64,000 bases of DNA from NCBI GenBank assembly GCA_977020255.1, contig CDROCS010000678.1, forward strand, positions 186,001 to 250,000. Direction: 5' to 3'. The position numbers and the translations under genes were made by a program. The notes beneath the pieces are model-generated. The model did no database searches. It had not been told where the DNA came from and saw nothing but the letters and a program-made list of their open reading frames with translations. Origin of the DNA: Obrimoposthia wandeli (Eukaryota). Every line of letters starts with the position of its first letter. Positions within the stretch are counted from its first letter, which is position 1. Positions 45,090 to 57,544 of this stretch are shown here, piece after piece.

Positions 45090-46343
45090 TTTTTGTTCGT
45101 TAAGATTGGTACATATTTTCAAGTCTCTATGAAAGTCTTCATTGGGATCTTCCTCGTCGATATCCCTACGTCTGAGTGTTATTGGAGTAAGTGACACTGA
45201 CTCCTTATATTTCTTTGGTCACCCTGATATTTTTTCGGCTGCTACCGGTTACTGTGCAGCAATTGGCCTTCACTGAGTTTTGGCAGTAGTTACCGTAACC
45301 TTTTCAGAGAAGGTGGAGCTGATGTCTATGGTCCTGACGAATAAATTGGTGGTTTTGTAGCCTTCCTCTTCCGCGGAGCTTTCATCAGTTTCTCCTGGCC
45401 CGTTTTAATTGGCCCGTCGTCCACTGGATATGGGAGAATATTCTGCTGGCCAATCACCGCCTCAGAAGAAATGAGCATTGTGGTGCAACATTTTTCTCCA
45501 AGTCTCCTCAGTTATATTTAAAAGACCCTGCATAAAAAAATATTAGTAAAATATTATATAAAATGTAATTAATAAAATATAATTAAATATTCAAAAAATT
45601 ACCTCAATAATAGGACAAAGAATTTTATCCTGATGCTCCATTTATGTCTCAGTAGACTGTAGGACATTGGATTTCATCTTTCTAATGCGTTTGGTTCTGC
45701 GCATTGCCGCTTTCTGCTTCCACCTCCCTAGAATTTTATTGGCCTCTCTCAGCTATTCTTCAATAAATGTTGCAGGTTCCTGCAAAAAACATCAATAAAA
45801 TTTAAGTTTATTTTTAATATACCTCAATAACAGGCAGGTTTGCCTGTTTCACCAACTTGGCCTTCTTCCTATGTACCGTCTGGGTTTTGACCCGATGTCG
45901 TTGCGGTTTCCTCACTACCGCTTGCTTGCTATTCACGGGTAGGTTGACAGTTGCCTCCTCCAGAACTTCCTCCGATAACTCGGCTTCCTTGATAAATAAT
46001 TAAAATTATTAGCTAATTTAAAATAATTTACCTTGATATTATCCGGAGTCGCTATGTAATGATGTTCACTCCTTGGCTCCTCCTGGCTGCGTTGACTCGC
46101 TAAGTACTGAGCCTCTCCGCCGTGGTCACTGACGGTGCATATTCGAGTTGAAGTTTCTGAAAATGAAATTGAAAAAAAAATTAAATAAATTATTAGACTA
46201 ACCTCATTCACCACCGACGAGTCTTGACTAAGTAAGTCAATGTACTGCGACGGTGATGGCGTTTGCTTCTGTACTGGAGAGAGATCCGCATTCAGTTGAA
46301 CCTCCATCTCTGCATCCAAATTGACGTTTCTGTAGAAAGACAT
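45090..46343 (-). pseudogene. Exon-repeat gene family copy 5, with intact promoter and exon 1
   Basis: ATTGG box and TATATAAGG upstream. Exon 1 MSFYRNVNLDAEMEVQLNADLSPVQKQTPSPSQYIDLLSQDSSVVNE, then four exons homologous to copy 1. Stops and a small deletion. Confidence 0.75.
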
Positions 46344-46869
46344 TCTTGATTTTGATTTATGAAAAATAATGAAAAGAGGTCTCCTTATATACAGAAACAT
46401 TTTGACTAACCCTATTTTTGTCGTCCAATGAGAGCAGGTTATTCAAATAATTTATTTGAAAATCCATAGGCTTTTTTCAATTTTTTAACTACTTTTAAAT
46501 GTGAGAATGTCATTGGATAAAAAAATAATTTATTCAAAAATAGTACTATTTTGATAAATATTTTCTGATTGAGTTCAACGTCAAATGATAGCGTATTATT
46601 CAACTATTAAATTATTTAAAAAATCGCAATATTTTGTTAACTGTGAATAATTGAGGAGAATATTTTCTCTCGCGTATAATTTTTCGCGACCCTGTATATA
46701 TATATTGCTTGTCGAGCCACTGTGGGTCCGACGGCACGCGTTGGCCCTTAGATGGCCTCTCAGGCACTTCCTCACTCTGTGGGAGTACTATACGATTTTT
46801 AATTTTAAAGAGTGTTAAATAGGTTAATTAAATTTTTTAGGGTGTTGGCGGATGGGTTGGAGATAGAAA

Positions 46870-47396
46870 AAACGTAAACGTTACTTTATATAATTCATAA
46901 AGTCATATATAGGGATTTAGTGGCAGTGGTATGGCACGGTCGGCCCACGTGCAGACAAATTGGTAAATTTCAGAAGGTAAATGGTAAGCCAGGAATCGCA
47001 GGGATCTGCTCGAATTCGCTCTTGAAGGAATTCAAGTATCCCATGCGCTAATTTTCCAATTTCATTTCTTCACCTTGACCACCGTACCATCCATAGCCAG
47101 TAAACTGCACTTGTGCAGTTGAAAGGTGTATACACGTCTCAGGATATGTATATATTTTATCACTCCACACACACATGCATGAAATTTCACTCCACACACA
47201 CACATGCATGAAATTTCACTTTAAACACACATGCACGAAATTTCCCTCGGTTTCAAACGACAGTGGTACCCCTCATCTCGCTGTAATTGGTTATTCTCTC
47301 GGAGTCTAGCTGGCGAGAGGTTCGTCCAGTTTAATTTGCTCTTCACTTTCTGCTACTGCAGGATGAGGTGGATTAGACCGACCACATACACTTATT
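46870..47396 (+). repeat. Polinton terminal inverted repeat (right end), degenerate
   Basis: Conserved block 46915-47150, three tandem GAAATTTCACTCCACACACATGCAT-like units, and the terminus relic GTGGATTAGACCGACCACATACACTTA. Confidence 0.65.
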
Positions 47397-49488
47397 TTCA
47401 TATAGAGATGTGTAATGGTGAATATACTTAGATAATTATATAACCAATACTAGCTATACATGTACAAATATATACGTATATTTATGTGTACAATATAATA
47501 CTCCCAAATATACATGTGTACAAGATATTACTTACAAATATACGTACATGTATGTGTACCATGTAATTCTTACAGATATATGCATATGCTTGCGAATTAA
47601 TGATTCTTATATAAATTATATCATTCTTACCCATCTAACTAAGTCAAATGTGTTAATAAAATGGATACTAATAAGAAAACGTTTTATTAAATGATTGCAA
47701 CAAAAAACTATATTAAAGAAGTTTACAAGCATGATTATAATATTAGGTTAATTAATATTCTTAAATAAAACATCAATAATAATACATGCTAGACAAATAT
47801 TGATAGAAGATAATTGATGGAGCATAGCTTCTTTCAGTAATAGTAGTGAATATATATATCATCAATAGTTCGCATAGCATGTGATGACAATGATGAAAAA
47901 TACGTATTTTTCAAGCATTCTGCTTAACTGAAGTCCCGTGGCAATATAATAATGAATAAAATTAATATTTTATTTCAGGAATTCCAGTATCGAAAATATT
48001 TCCTCTACTGTGTAATATTTCTGCATTAATATTTTGTAAAATTGAAATAAAAGTAATAATTTAAACTTAAATCTAAGAAACATTAAACAACATGTAATCA
48101 GAGATTTCAGTTACAATTCGACATTCATTTTTTAATATTTTTTAATATTAATTGATGTCTGGCTCTTTAACGCCTATGTTTTTGTATTAAAATAGCCATA
48201 CATTTGACAATACAACACAGCTTTGGATGTTCAGTGGTATTTTTGTGATTTGAGAGACAGTTTTAGTTGTTGTAGCAGTGTATTTTAGTGTATTTTGCGA
48301 AAATGTATATGTTTACCAACAGTAACCACACATACATGGATTATAACATTATAATTGTAGAATAACATACATGTTGTATAATTCATGTTTGATTTGTATT
48401 TCCCCCATATGGCGGTAGATTGTGTGATTTAGAATGTTCTGGAATGTTGCATAAATATCAGAATATTTGAGTCCTCAGAACTACGTGATCTCCGAAGATC
48501 TTCCAATGAAATATATCAAGCAGTGTGGATTGAGGTTACATCATAATTAATTTACTCTTTTCTTGCAGTATATTTTTAGTTACAACTTAACAAATATTAA
48601 CAAAATTATAATTTAAAGAAAACAGCTCCATTATCGAAACTTTTGAAAGACTATTCATTTACACATATAAAAATGAAATACAATATTCAGCTTGTAACAA
48701 CATTTAAATTACTAAAATACAATTGTAATACATCAAGATTTGATTTTCAAAACAACTTTCTGTTTAATATTCGAGAATTTCATTTCAATCGCTTGCAAAC
48801 GTGAAGAGTCTATTTTCATTATTACTATTGTTATTATTCCAACATATTTATCTTCTAAAAGTGTTAAAAATTCCTTTTAAAATCTATAATATCAGAAGAT
48901 GTTAAAATTATACTCCTCACTACAGGTAAATTTACAGTTTTTTCTACTTTTCAGTTAATCCACTTTTTATCCAGTTCAATATTTGACGACCTTTATTTTA
49001 CGGTGTAATTCCAAAGGTGTAAATGAGTAGGTATGCGTAAATGGTGTTACTATGCGTCTGCTGAGTTGCCAAAACGTATGTGGGCTTAAATATATTTTAA
49101 ACGAAGATTAAAGAGCAATTTGAAACACACGAGAAACAACAGGTTAAAACTCGTAGCTTAGGAGTCTTAAAATTGCAGATGATGAAACAATCAAAATCGC
49201 AAATTAAAAAAATCCTTTATAACTCAACAATAATTGGTGTTAGGTTTGGTAATTTTTATTAATTAATTTACTTTATTTACAGATTCATTAATATACTTTC
49301 ATCAAAAATCAAATTACATGCAATTATTTTCCCATAAATGCCATGATTGAAATGAATACACAGCATCTTATTTCAGCTACATGTTTTGCAATACAAAATA
49401 AAGTGTTATGATTGGCTTATTTTAAACTCATTCAGAACTTTGCCAGCTGAGAATCATAATTTGGTTTTGTGGCATTATTTCAGCAGCG

Positions 49489-50056
49489 ATGTTGTTATTT
49501 GACTTGTCGAAGATAGTTCTGGGGATCGTCTGTGTGGCGGGTCAATGTGTACCCCCGTACTTGAAGAGCAGCACAACAGGAAAATGTTACCACCTGCTGA
49601 TTATAATTTGGCCGGGATTTGTGAGCACATAAAGAAGTGTCGCAGCCTGAATGGAGTCCTTCCACAACCCAGTGACTTTGGGGATATTCATGTGTTGTTT
49701 GGTGCGCTCAAACATTTCTCAGGTGTGACAGATTTGCAGTATGAGAGAAACAATTCGAAAACTGGCTGGAAACACTTTGATGACAGTGAATTTATGGAGA
49801 CTAAGTTGTGATTCCCATGAGCCAACAACTTCAATCCGGGTCAAGATTGCGTAGTACGTATCGGTAAATTATTTTCTTTACATGATGGTTTCTGTAATGT
49901 TGTTGATTACGACACAGTTTGTGTTTTGTCAACCGGTTTAAAATTTCCGAAGGTGGGAAAGTTCATTGCTGATGCAACGAAATTCAATAACGATGTCAAA
50001 GAAGCTGGATACAGCGATACATTAACAGTGGCATTTTGGATTGATTGTTTAGTGAA
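49489..50056 (+). pseudogene. C-type lectin family pseudogene (exon 1)
   Basis: 5' part nearly identical to 13663 and 28528 (MLLFDLSKIVLGIVCVAGQCVPPY). Frameshifts and a TGA before the EP.NN...QDC motif. GTAAGT donor at 50057. Confidence 0.8.
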
Positions 50057-50328
50057 GTAAGTATTTGCTTAATGTTTATCAGTTGTCATTTTTGATTTGT
50101 GTAGCAAAATCATCAGCCAAAGGTATTTTAACTCATGTTGCGTTATTCAATGATATTTGAAATATTATTTTGATCTAAATTTTTATCTGAGTCAGATTTT
50201 AATCTGTTAATTGGTAGTTTATATTTAATCTTTCCTTGTACTAGTCAGAATCAATTCAGAGGTATCAGGTCACTATAAATATTTGTTCCTATCTGCTTTC
50301 TCCTACTTCTCAGAGGTTCCTCGGGAGA

Positions 50329-50356
50329 GTGGATTGGACTGGACACATCCACATAT
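50329..50356 (+). repeat. Isolated Polinton terminal motif relic
   Basis: GTGGATTGGACTGGACACATCCAC matches the terminal stem-loop of the other four ends. Confidence 0.5.
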
Positions 50357-50892
50357 TTTATCTAAAACGTTTTGTTGTTGTTGCAATAATATTGTCATTT
50401 AGTATAGCTTTTACAATCTCTTACTCTAGATAATAATACATGAATATGTTTGGTATACTTAAATTTAATTTGAATATTATTATTATTATGAAAAAAATTA
50501 TATACAATGAGTACAATTTAATTAGCGCTGAGTGAAATGGAAATTTTAAAAAAAATGGAAAAAATGTTCGTGTTAAAAACAAAAGAAGGATGCAAAATAT
50601 ATTGTAAAGGCAAATAACAATGTCTACAAAATAAATAAAATTAATAATGAATGGAATATAATTTGCGTAGATTGGGAGTGAAATTTTGAACGTTAAGATG
50701 TGTGAAAAAGATAATGTTTGTGTTAAAAAAGCACAAAAGAAGTATGAAAAACATAACAACAACTTTAAATATTTATCAATCAGAAGACTTTTCTCAATAA
50801 TGGCATTGACATGCCCATTGTCAAATGTTCTATCAAATATGTTATTGTCAAACATAAAGTTTGTAGACTCTTTGGCCTATTTCATTTCCTCA

Positions 50893-51736
50893 ATGCTGCT
50901 GCCTAAATTAGTTCTTCTAATTTCTGTTCTCAGAGCCTTGGTTCGACCTTGCCAGTCTCCGTATTCAGAAAAGAACGGGAAATGTTTCTTCAAGAATCCT
51001 TCACTAATCGAAGGTATTTGTGCACATGCGAGATACTGCGCTGATATCCATGGTAAAGTCGTATCTCCAAGCGATATTCCCAATGTATTGGGACTGTATG
51101 GACCCATGCCCTTCTATGTGGACGTCAGTGACTTGTTGATTGAACTGTCCAGGTCTAATAATGGCTGGCGACATTTTGATGGCCAGGAGTTGGTTGATAC
51201 TCAATGGTGGCATCCGAGAGAACCATCGTCCGGAAATGCTGAAGATTGCGTTGCATACCATGTTCTATATAAGAGTTTGGTTGATGTACCCTGTGATTTG
51301 AAAAGAAGTAATATCTGCGTATTGAGCAATGGCAGTGTCCCAAATCTAAACACGATGTTATTCCACTCAGAAACTGTATACTTCAATAACGATGATAAAG
51401 GTGGATGCTTTGAGACTTTTGTAGTGGCGTCTGCGAAGGAGTGCGTGATGCAGTGAGTGAAGTTGTATTATTATTTTAGTTATATATGCAATATTGATTG
51501 ATTAATAAATCGAGAATAATTACCGAAATTACTGGAATCTCAGTCTGGCATGAACACTGAATCACCTTCCACTGTTGTGCAGCTGCCTGGTCAACAAGTA
51601 CCACTGTCGGTCGGTCTACTTCAATGCTGGCTCCAAGCAGTGCTTCTTGTCGCTATTTATGGACGCAGCGCTGCCCAGCTCTCTCAATGGGCTGGGTCAC
51701 CAGTTCACGAGACTTGCCCCAACCCGGGAGATCTAG
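50893..51736 (+). CDS. Secreted C-type lectin + PAN/apple-like protein, 2 exons, 237 aa, apparently intact
   Basis: Signal peptide MLLPKLVLLISVLRALV and CTL with WHPREPSSGNAEDC and LVDVPC. A 130-nt phase-2 intron (51453-51582) joins CLVNKYHCRSVYFNAGSKQCFLSLFMDAALP in frame to the stop at 51734-51736. Confidence 0.85.
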
Positions 51737-52609
51737 TGACGCCGATTCTGATGATCTGGATGAACTAATCCGAATGTCCCGTGATTATTATTAACTCAAT
51801 GATGTTTCATAAATAAGTAAACATTTCTGAATTAAGTTATTCCATTTGAGAAGCAATTTTGATTTTTTTGATTTTAAATATTTTTCTTGACATCATTAGG
51901 ATATTTGTGTATTTTTAATTTACTCTGTTGTTGATATCAAGGTCTATTTCCCTGTCTTGATTCATAATCATTATCCCAAACTATCGAACATCATCTTTTC
52001 CAGCCGGGATTCAGCCGGGATTCAGCTGGGATTCAACAAAAACAATGTTTCACTGAGTAATAAAATTCTGATGGAACTGACATTTGGCAAGCAATTTGTG
52101 ATCGATGTCTGGCCACCGTTTCCAAAGTTTCATTCAACAAAAAAAAGTTCAAGGGTCCAAAGATATGACTCAATAATCTTAAAACCTTTATAAAACCTTG
52201 TCAGTGGTATATATCATTTATTTTTATTTCTTAAAACCATACTATTTGGTGGGTTAAACACATACTTATGTTAATTATTCAATCTGTTCAATGGTTCTAG
52301 AGATATGAGGTACCAAAAGTCTAAGGTTTTAACATTAACATATTTAACATTAAGGTAATTTACGATATTTAGGTGGTTAGACAATAATCTCATAGAGAGG
52401 TTTAAGAAGTAGAAAATTTTGTAGTAGTTAAGATAATTTTCTAATAGTTAAGAAGAGGATAGTTTCGTAAGATAAAACATCAATATTTATTAATAATAAT
52501 TTGTATAACATTTTACATCCTTCGGTAATTTTCCATATGGGTTTTAAACTTCCATCATATTTGGTCTTGAATCCTTGAATCATAATGAAGAGGGTCTATT
52601 TTCTATTTT

Positions 52610-52830
52610 TCATATCTGTTGGATTGCAGCGGTGAGGGCGTGTTCCAGTTGATCGTCAAGACCGATTGGGTCAAGTGGAGTGGAGGGCGATGGATGTCGA
52701 GACGTGGCATCGGCGGTTAGGTTTGATTTTCCTGGCATATTCATGATTGAGAACTGCCACGGAAGAGTGCGTTGCCTGAAAAGTCTGGTATTGCTGATCT
52801 CGTCGAGTGTAGTTCTTTGATGAAGACCGC
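52610..52830 (-). pseudogene. Ty3/gypsy RNase H C-terminal fragment
   Basis: TLDEISNTRLFRQRTLPWQFSIMNMPGKSNLTADATSRHP, matching the I.N.RL...PGK.N..AD..SR.P motif. Confidence 0.75.
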
Positions 52831-53050
52831 ATGTTAATACAACCCTTAGATAACAAAAATAACAAATATATATATAGTTTTAAATAGAGACAGTACACAC
52901 ACATATTTATTATTTAAGCTTGAACATAGACACACACACAGGACATGTCTTTTGGTGAAGATCGCGTGTGAATACAGCCTTTAGATAAAAATATATATAG
53001 ATAAAAAAAATAGTATGTTACTAAAAATAGAATATGAGTCATCTTTTTGG

Positions 53051-53224
53051 CCTCACCATGACCTTAAATTACACTGTCCTCATGAGGCCATGACCTTAAC
53101 TTGACCTTAAATGACATTGTCCTCATGAGGTCATGACCTTAACTTGACCTTAAAAGACCTTGACCCCATGAGGCCATGACATTGGCTTGACCTCATGAGG
53201 TCATGTCCTCATCGAGACCTTAAG
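53051..53224. promoter_or_regulatory. Cluster of AGGTCA/TGACCT half-sites in a degenerate ~43-bp tandem repeat
   Basis: Eight perfect half-sites, arranged as two DR5 (TGACCTtaactTGACCT), one IR0 (AGGTCATGACCT) and one ER4 (TGACCTcatgAGGTCA). Confidence 0.5.
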
Positions 53225-53282
53225 CTGTGCTCAAGGCGGGTGTATGCTCAAAATGTCTTTGTCCTGAAAGACGCACATCGCC

Positions 53283-53438
53283 CTACTTTGGCGCTTTCAA
53301 TCTATGTAGTCTCATTAGGTTATCTACGTCTTCCCAATTTCTAAAATTCACTCTACAATATATACAACGTACTACTTTTTAAAAACTAGAGTCATCTGTC
53401 GTGTCTCCGTTTAACATTTGTAAACCAGTTCTCGCCAT
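53283..53438 (-). pseudogene. BIR (baculovirus IAP repeat) domain, degenerate
   Basis: MARTGL...VVRCIYCRVNFRNWEDVDNLMRLHRLKAPK*: exact C-x2-C-x16-H-x6 spacing, with the last Cys position now TAG, plus the conserved W and D. Same frame as the protease ORF. Confidence 0.75.
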
Positions 53439-53483
53439 TTTACGTGACATTTCTTTTGAAAAGTATGGTTCTAGTGATCTTCG

Positions 53484-54062
53484 TCAATGTTTTTCAAATT
53501 TAAAAGGATCAGTTTTTCCTATATTCTCATATGTTACTTTTCTCTTCCACATTGCCTGTGGTCCATTATTTACTCCTTTGTAATAAAGTATTGAATTCAC
53601 TAGCACTTCCTGTCCCTTCTTCCAGTACAATTTTCCCATCTTGAAACTAGCAATGTCTTTACCTTCATTTGTAGGTCCTTTCAACATCTTTATCTCTCTC
53701 ACTGAACTGTTGTTCCTTGAACTCTTGTTGTTGGGTAATTTTATTATTCCTTCAAACATTCGTATTACGTCCATCCCAATCATGACTGGACTACCATAAT
53801 CTGTGAATATTCTTGCATTCATCTGCAATGATTTTCCATCAATAGTCAATTCACATTTAAGTGTTCCTTCTGATACTACGTCTGTGCTATTTAAATTGAC
53901 AAATGTTTGTTTCATAGGATATACCTTTTCTAGTTCTTTCGATGATGACAAGATTTCTTTACTCAATACTGCAGATCCAGTATCGACCTCGGCAAGATAT
54001 TCTCTTCTGTTTATTGTTACTGCTACTTGAGGTGGAGCATTCGGATTTTCATTAGATATCAT
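53484..54062 (-). CDS. Retropepsin-type aspartic protease
   Basis: LAEVDTGSAVLS and VMIGMDVIRMF, with its own ATG 5 nt after the glycoprotein stop. Confidence 0.85.
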   Translation of the reverse strand: MISNENPNAPPQVAVTINRREYLAEVDTGSAVLSKEILSSSKELEKVYPMKQTFVNLNSTDVVSEGTLKCELTIDGKSLQMNARIFTDYGSPVMIGMDVIRMFEGIIKLPNNKSSRNNSSVREIKMLKGPTNEGKDIASFKMGKLYWKKGQEVLVNSILYYKGVNNGPQAMWKRKVTYENIGKTDPFKFEKH

Positions 54063-54067
54063 AGACT

Positions 54068-56260
54068 TTAGAATTCTTCTGGAATTATCTTTTTATCTAT
54101 TTCTTCTGCCTGTGGAATCTCATTATAGTTCACTTTAGGCCATCTTATCATTAAAATGCCTCTCTTGAACTTTTCCTTCTCTTCCTTCAATTCCTTCATT
54201 GTATATAGGTTTGGTGTTGATTCTTCCTTGTATTTTAGTGGAATCTTTGGATGTCCTGTATTTAGTATTTTTGCATAGTCTCCTGGACTATCGTTATCAT
54301 CGTCGTCGGCGTCTCGGCGGTTTCTTGGTTCTCGCGTCATGGTTCTGGCTTGATTTTGCTTCTTCTTGAGGGCTCGTAACTCATTCTCGTAATGAAGGTG
54401 CAATAAATATTTCGCTAAAAATGGAAAACATCCAATTATAAGCTGCCAGGTGAATCCGGTTATCCTGTACAAACTATATGTAGACAACACCTGAGCTATA
54501 ATTACCTGTACAAATTTAATTATAACATAAATAACTATGATACCTGAAAATAATTGTCCTAAAACAAAGAATTTTCAACACATCTTCTTAAGTGTCTGAT
54601 GTGCTGCTTCCTTGAAATGACTTGGCGACAATATTATATCAAAATTCGTATATCTAGCTCCTGGTGGTATTGCACGATGTACCATTTCCGTAAGTACTCT
54701 GGCCCTTCTTACTGGAAACATTTTTTCGTTCCAGGCGCTTTTAAATCTTTCTCATTGTAAAAACCTGCATTTTCAATATTCCTTATTGATTCAAATTTAA
54801 TTTTTCCTTAAAGTGTCGTCATTTTTATCATCTCTGGAGTTGCTGTTCGCTTACGGTCAGGTAAGGTTATCCATAGATCACCCGTCATCTGATATTCAGG
54901 TCCCATTATATTGGAGCAGCTGATTTCTTTAGTTGGAGTGTCTTTAGGAAGTATCATTCTCGTGATTGGTACAAAGAGTGATTTTAAGTTATACGTCACT
55001 GGCAATTCACTTGTGCATCGTTCTGTTTTTCTCAACTGTATCGCTACTTTTTAACACTTATAAATATACAATACTTCTCTTATGGTTTTAGCAAATACTC
55101 TTTCATCTAAAGGTAATAGTGGTGCTACCATGTCTGGATTTGTAATAGCTAGTGCTGACTTAGTTCTTATGATTTCCTTGTTTAACTTGCAGTCTCTCTC
55201 AACCATCATCTGATATAACTGTTCCATTTGAATCAATCCTTTATGATAATAGAAATCAATTTTATTATTAAAATACGTATGAAGCTGCATATTGCTAGGT
55301 TTTAACTTGGTTCCGGCCATCGCTATTGATTCTTTCGACAAAACTATTATAGGATAGTTTGTAGTACTAACAGTCATTCCACATCGCGCTTTATTTCCTT
55401 TTTTGATAAATATCAACCATTCTTCTGCTGATGTTGCCATTAACAGTGTAGGTGTTGGCGTCGTAGGAATTGGTCCTGTTTTATTATGGAATCTTTCTCC
55501 ACCTTTTTTATACAGGAAACCTTTTATTTTATTAAATTTGATTTCTTTCAAAAATATTAACGAGCATTATTTTGGATCCACTTGATACACAATTGTAGAT
55601 TCACTGGTATGACAAGATGTATCTGTCATTCTACATTCTGGATACTTCATCGTTCGTTTTGTAGTTTAGTTTTATCAAAAATGGCTGTCCATGTTTTTAA
55701 TTCAATCTGGTAAGTCACATATATTATTAAGGCTGTTATTTTGGTACCACGCACATTTTTTGTTCCTCCACTGCAAGTTCTAACATCCCATCGTTATCCT
55801 ATTCTCGTAACTGTTTTATATAGTCTCACACCAACTTTCGCATCGGGTGCGTAATTCTAATCTATTTCTATTTCCTTGTTCGAAATGCGTCTTCGCAATC
55901 TCTCGGAAAAATCTTGTGTGGTTTATACGATGTGGTAAGTGTGATTTCCGACAAGAAACCTCTATGACCACAGTAAAATTCATGATAACTTGAATGAACT
56001 GAACATTTCTTCACTTGTACTTGTAGTTTATCAATTTCCTGATATACGAAATAGTTTTCTACACATTTAACTTCTAAATTTGATGGTTGTGATTCTGGAC
56101 TGTCTTTGCTGTCAAGCAATGAATACTTCTGCCCCATCTTTGGTATGCTACAGTCGTACGCTACTAGTGCTGATGCATGTGTTGGGGTTTCTATATGAAA
56201 CTACTGGATAGATCCTCGGATGGATGCCTCTAACGTGAGTTCTATAGAAGTAGGGCTTGC
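54068..56260 (-). pseudogene. Chuvirus-like (class III, gB-type) envelope glycoprotein, frameshifted
   Basis: LVAYDC (56150-56167)...YSLLD...VQVKKCSV...FYCG, CGMTVSTTNYP, YFNNK..LY..M..RDCKL..LAITNP...EVLYIYKC, CTSELPV, ISC, AGFYNEKDL...MFP, then a TM region and cytoplasmic tail. Confidence 0.85.
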
Positions 56261-57169
56261 AGTTGTTTGAGGCCTACTTAGATTGTGCTTATCTGTCTCA
56301 ATGTCTAATCTGAAGGTTTGTTTTTGTTTGTTATTGTGGAGGTGTGGGAAGAGCTGTGTATACGGCACTGGAAAATTCCTCTTATTGTGGTGTAATGTAT
56401 GGAGAGTCGATACTTACCTGATTACAAGGGTTCGTTTAAAACAACACTTCCTAAATGTAGGAAAACTTTATTCTCTAAACTAAGTTCCTAAAAATTACAA
56501 CAATTAGTCTTTACTACTTCACTAACGTCACACAAATGGGGATGTCTTAATGTATCGATTTTTATTGTCTTAACAAATTTGTGAGTTCTATACTCTTTAC
56601 TTCGAAAGGTAATTTCTTTTTGTCAAAACACAATTTCTCTTTTAGTCAAAATGCAATTTATCTTTTAGTCCAAACACAATTTACTTCCTTTAAAATTCGA
56701 TTATGGTGGTTGAACAATATCTCGACAATTCGTTTAGTAAATATAACAATAGTTCAACAATTCGTTTAGTAAATATAACAATGTATTAACCTGAGTGAAT
56801 GTATTAACCTGAATAAACATTTCCCTAATTAAGGAAATTTCACCCCGTTAATTCTTAATTAAAGAAATAATTTAAATTTAAAATTTTATTTTTCTCTCAG
56901 AAAGTGTTATAACAATCCCAACACATATCTCACACCACACATGACCTTTCAAGATCCTAACTTACTTCAACTTTATCAATTTTAATTTCATTTTTTAATT
57001 TAAAAATATTTTATTTTATTTAGTCTTGCTTCCAAGAATTTTATTTTCTTATATAATAATTAATAATTTCTGTGAATATTAAATTCCTACTCCTAACAGG
57101 TGCACTATCAAATTATCAGTTTTTTGCGTCTAAATGGGATTAAAATGTATTTTGTGGTGGCAGGTTAAG

Positions 57170-57544
57170 TTTTAAAAATATAATTCCTAAACTGCTATAT
57201 AGTGATTTATTGGCGGTGGTATGTTACAGTCAGTACACGTTAAAATATATTGGGAATTTCAGAAGCTTAATGGTAGGCCAAGAATCGTAAGTACCTGCTC
57301 CAACTCGCCCTTGATGAAATTCAAGTATTCTATACGCTTTGTCTTCCAATTTCAGATCGCCAATTTGATCACTGTACCATTCGCCATCAGTAAGCTGCTA
57401 TTGTGCAGTTGAAAAGTGTATGCATAACTCAGTTTGAAAAATTCTGGACATGTGTAGATTTTTATACAAACAAGCATGAAATTACTCTCCATACATACAC
57501 AATTTTAGATGGAGGGTGGATTAGACCAGGCACATCCCCCTACT
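57170..57544 (+). repeat. Polinton terminal inverted repeat (right end)
   Basis: Conserved block 57205-57433, a CATGAAATTACTCTCCATACATACAC motif and the terminus GTGGATTAGACCAGGCACATCCCCCTACT. Confidence 0.7.

Noticed and set aside
46700-46790. GC-rich island with TTCCTCAC as a possible HDV-like ribozyme
   Set aside because: Could not build the P1, P2 and P3 pairings by eye.
30313-47396. A single intact 17-kb Polinton bounded by the ends at 30313 and 47396
   Set aside because: No matching 6-bp TSD, and the interval holds three diverged PolB pieces in both orientations. It is a mosaic.
47420-47600. Alternating purine-pyrimidine tract next to the terminus
   Set aside because: Ordinary decayed TA/CA microsatellite.
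51940-52190. Minus-strand stretch resembling an ionotropic-receptor pore region
   Set aside because: Only a few matching residues, interrupted by stops and an 11-bp triplication.
54068-54110. -1 frameshift from glycoprotein into protease
   Set aside because: The frames do overlap in -1, but T_AAA_AAG is not a canonical heptamer and the protease has its own ATG.
56535-56920. Plus-strand PPT and LTR start (AAATGGGGATGT...) upstream of the glycoprotein
   Set aside because: No partner LTR in the window. Kept only as an alternative explanation for the fusogen cassette.
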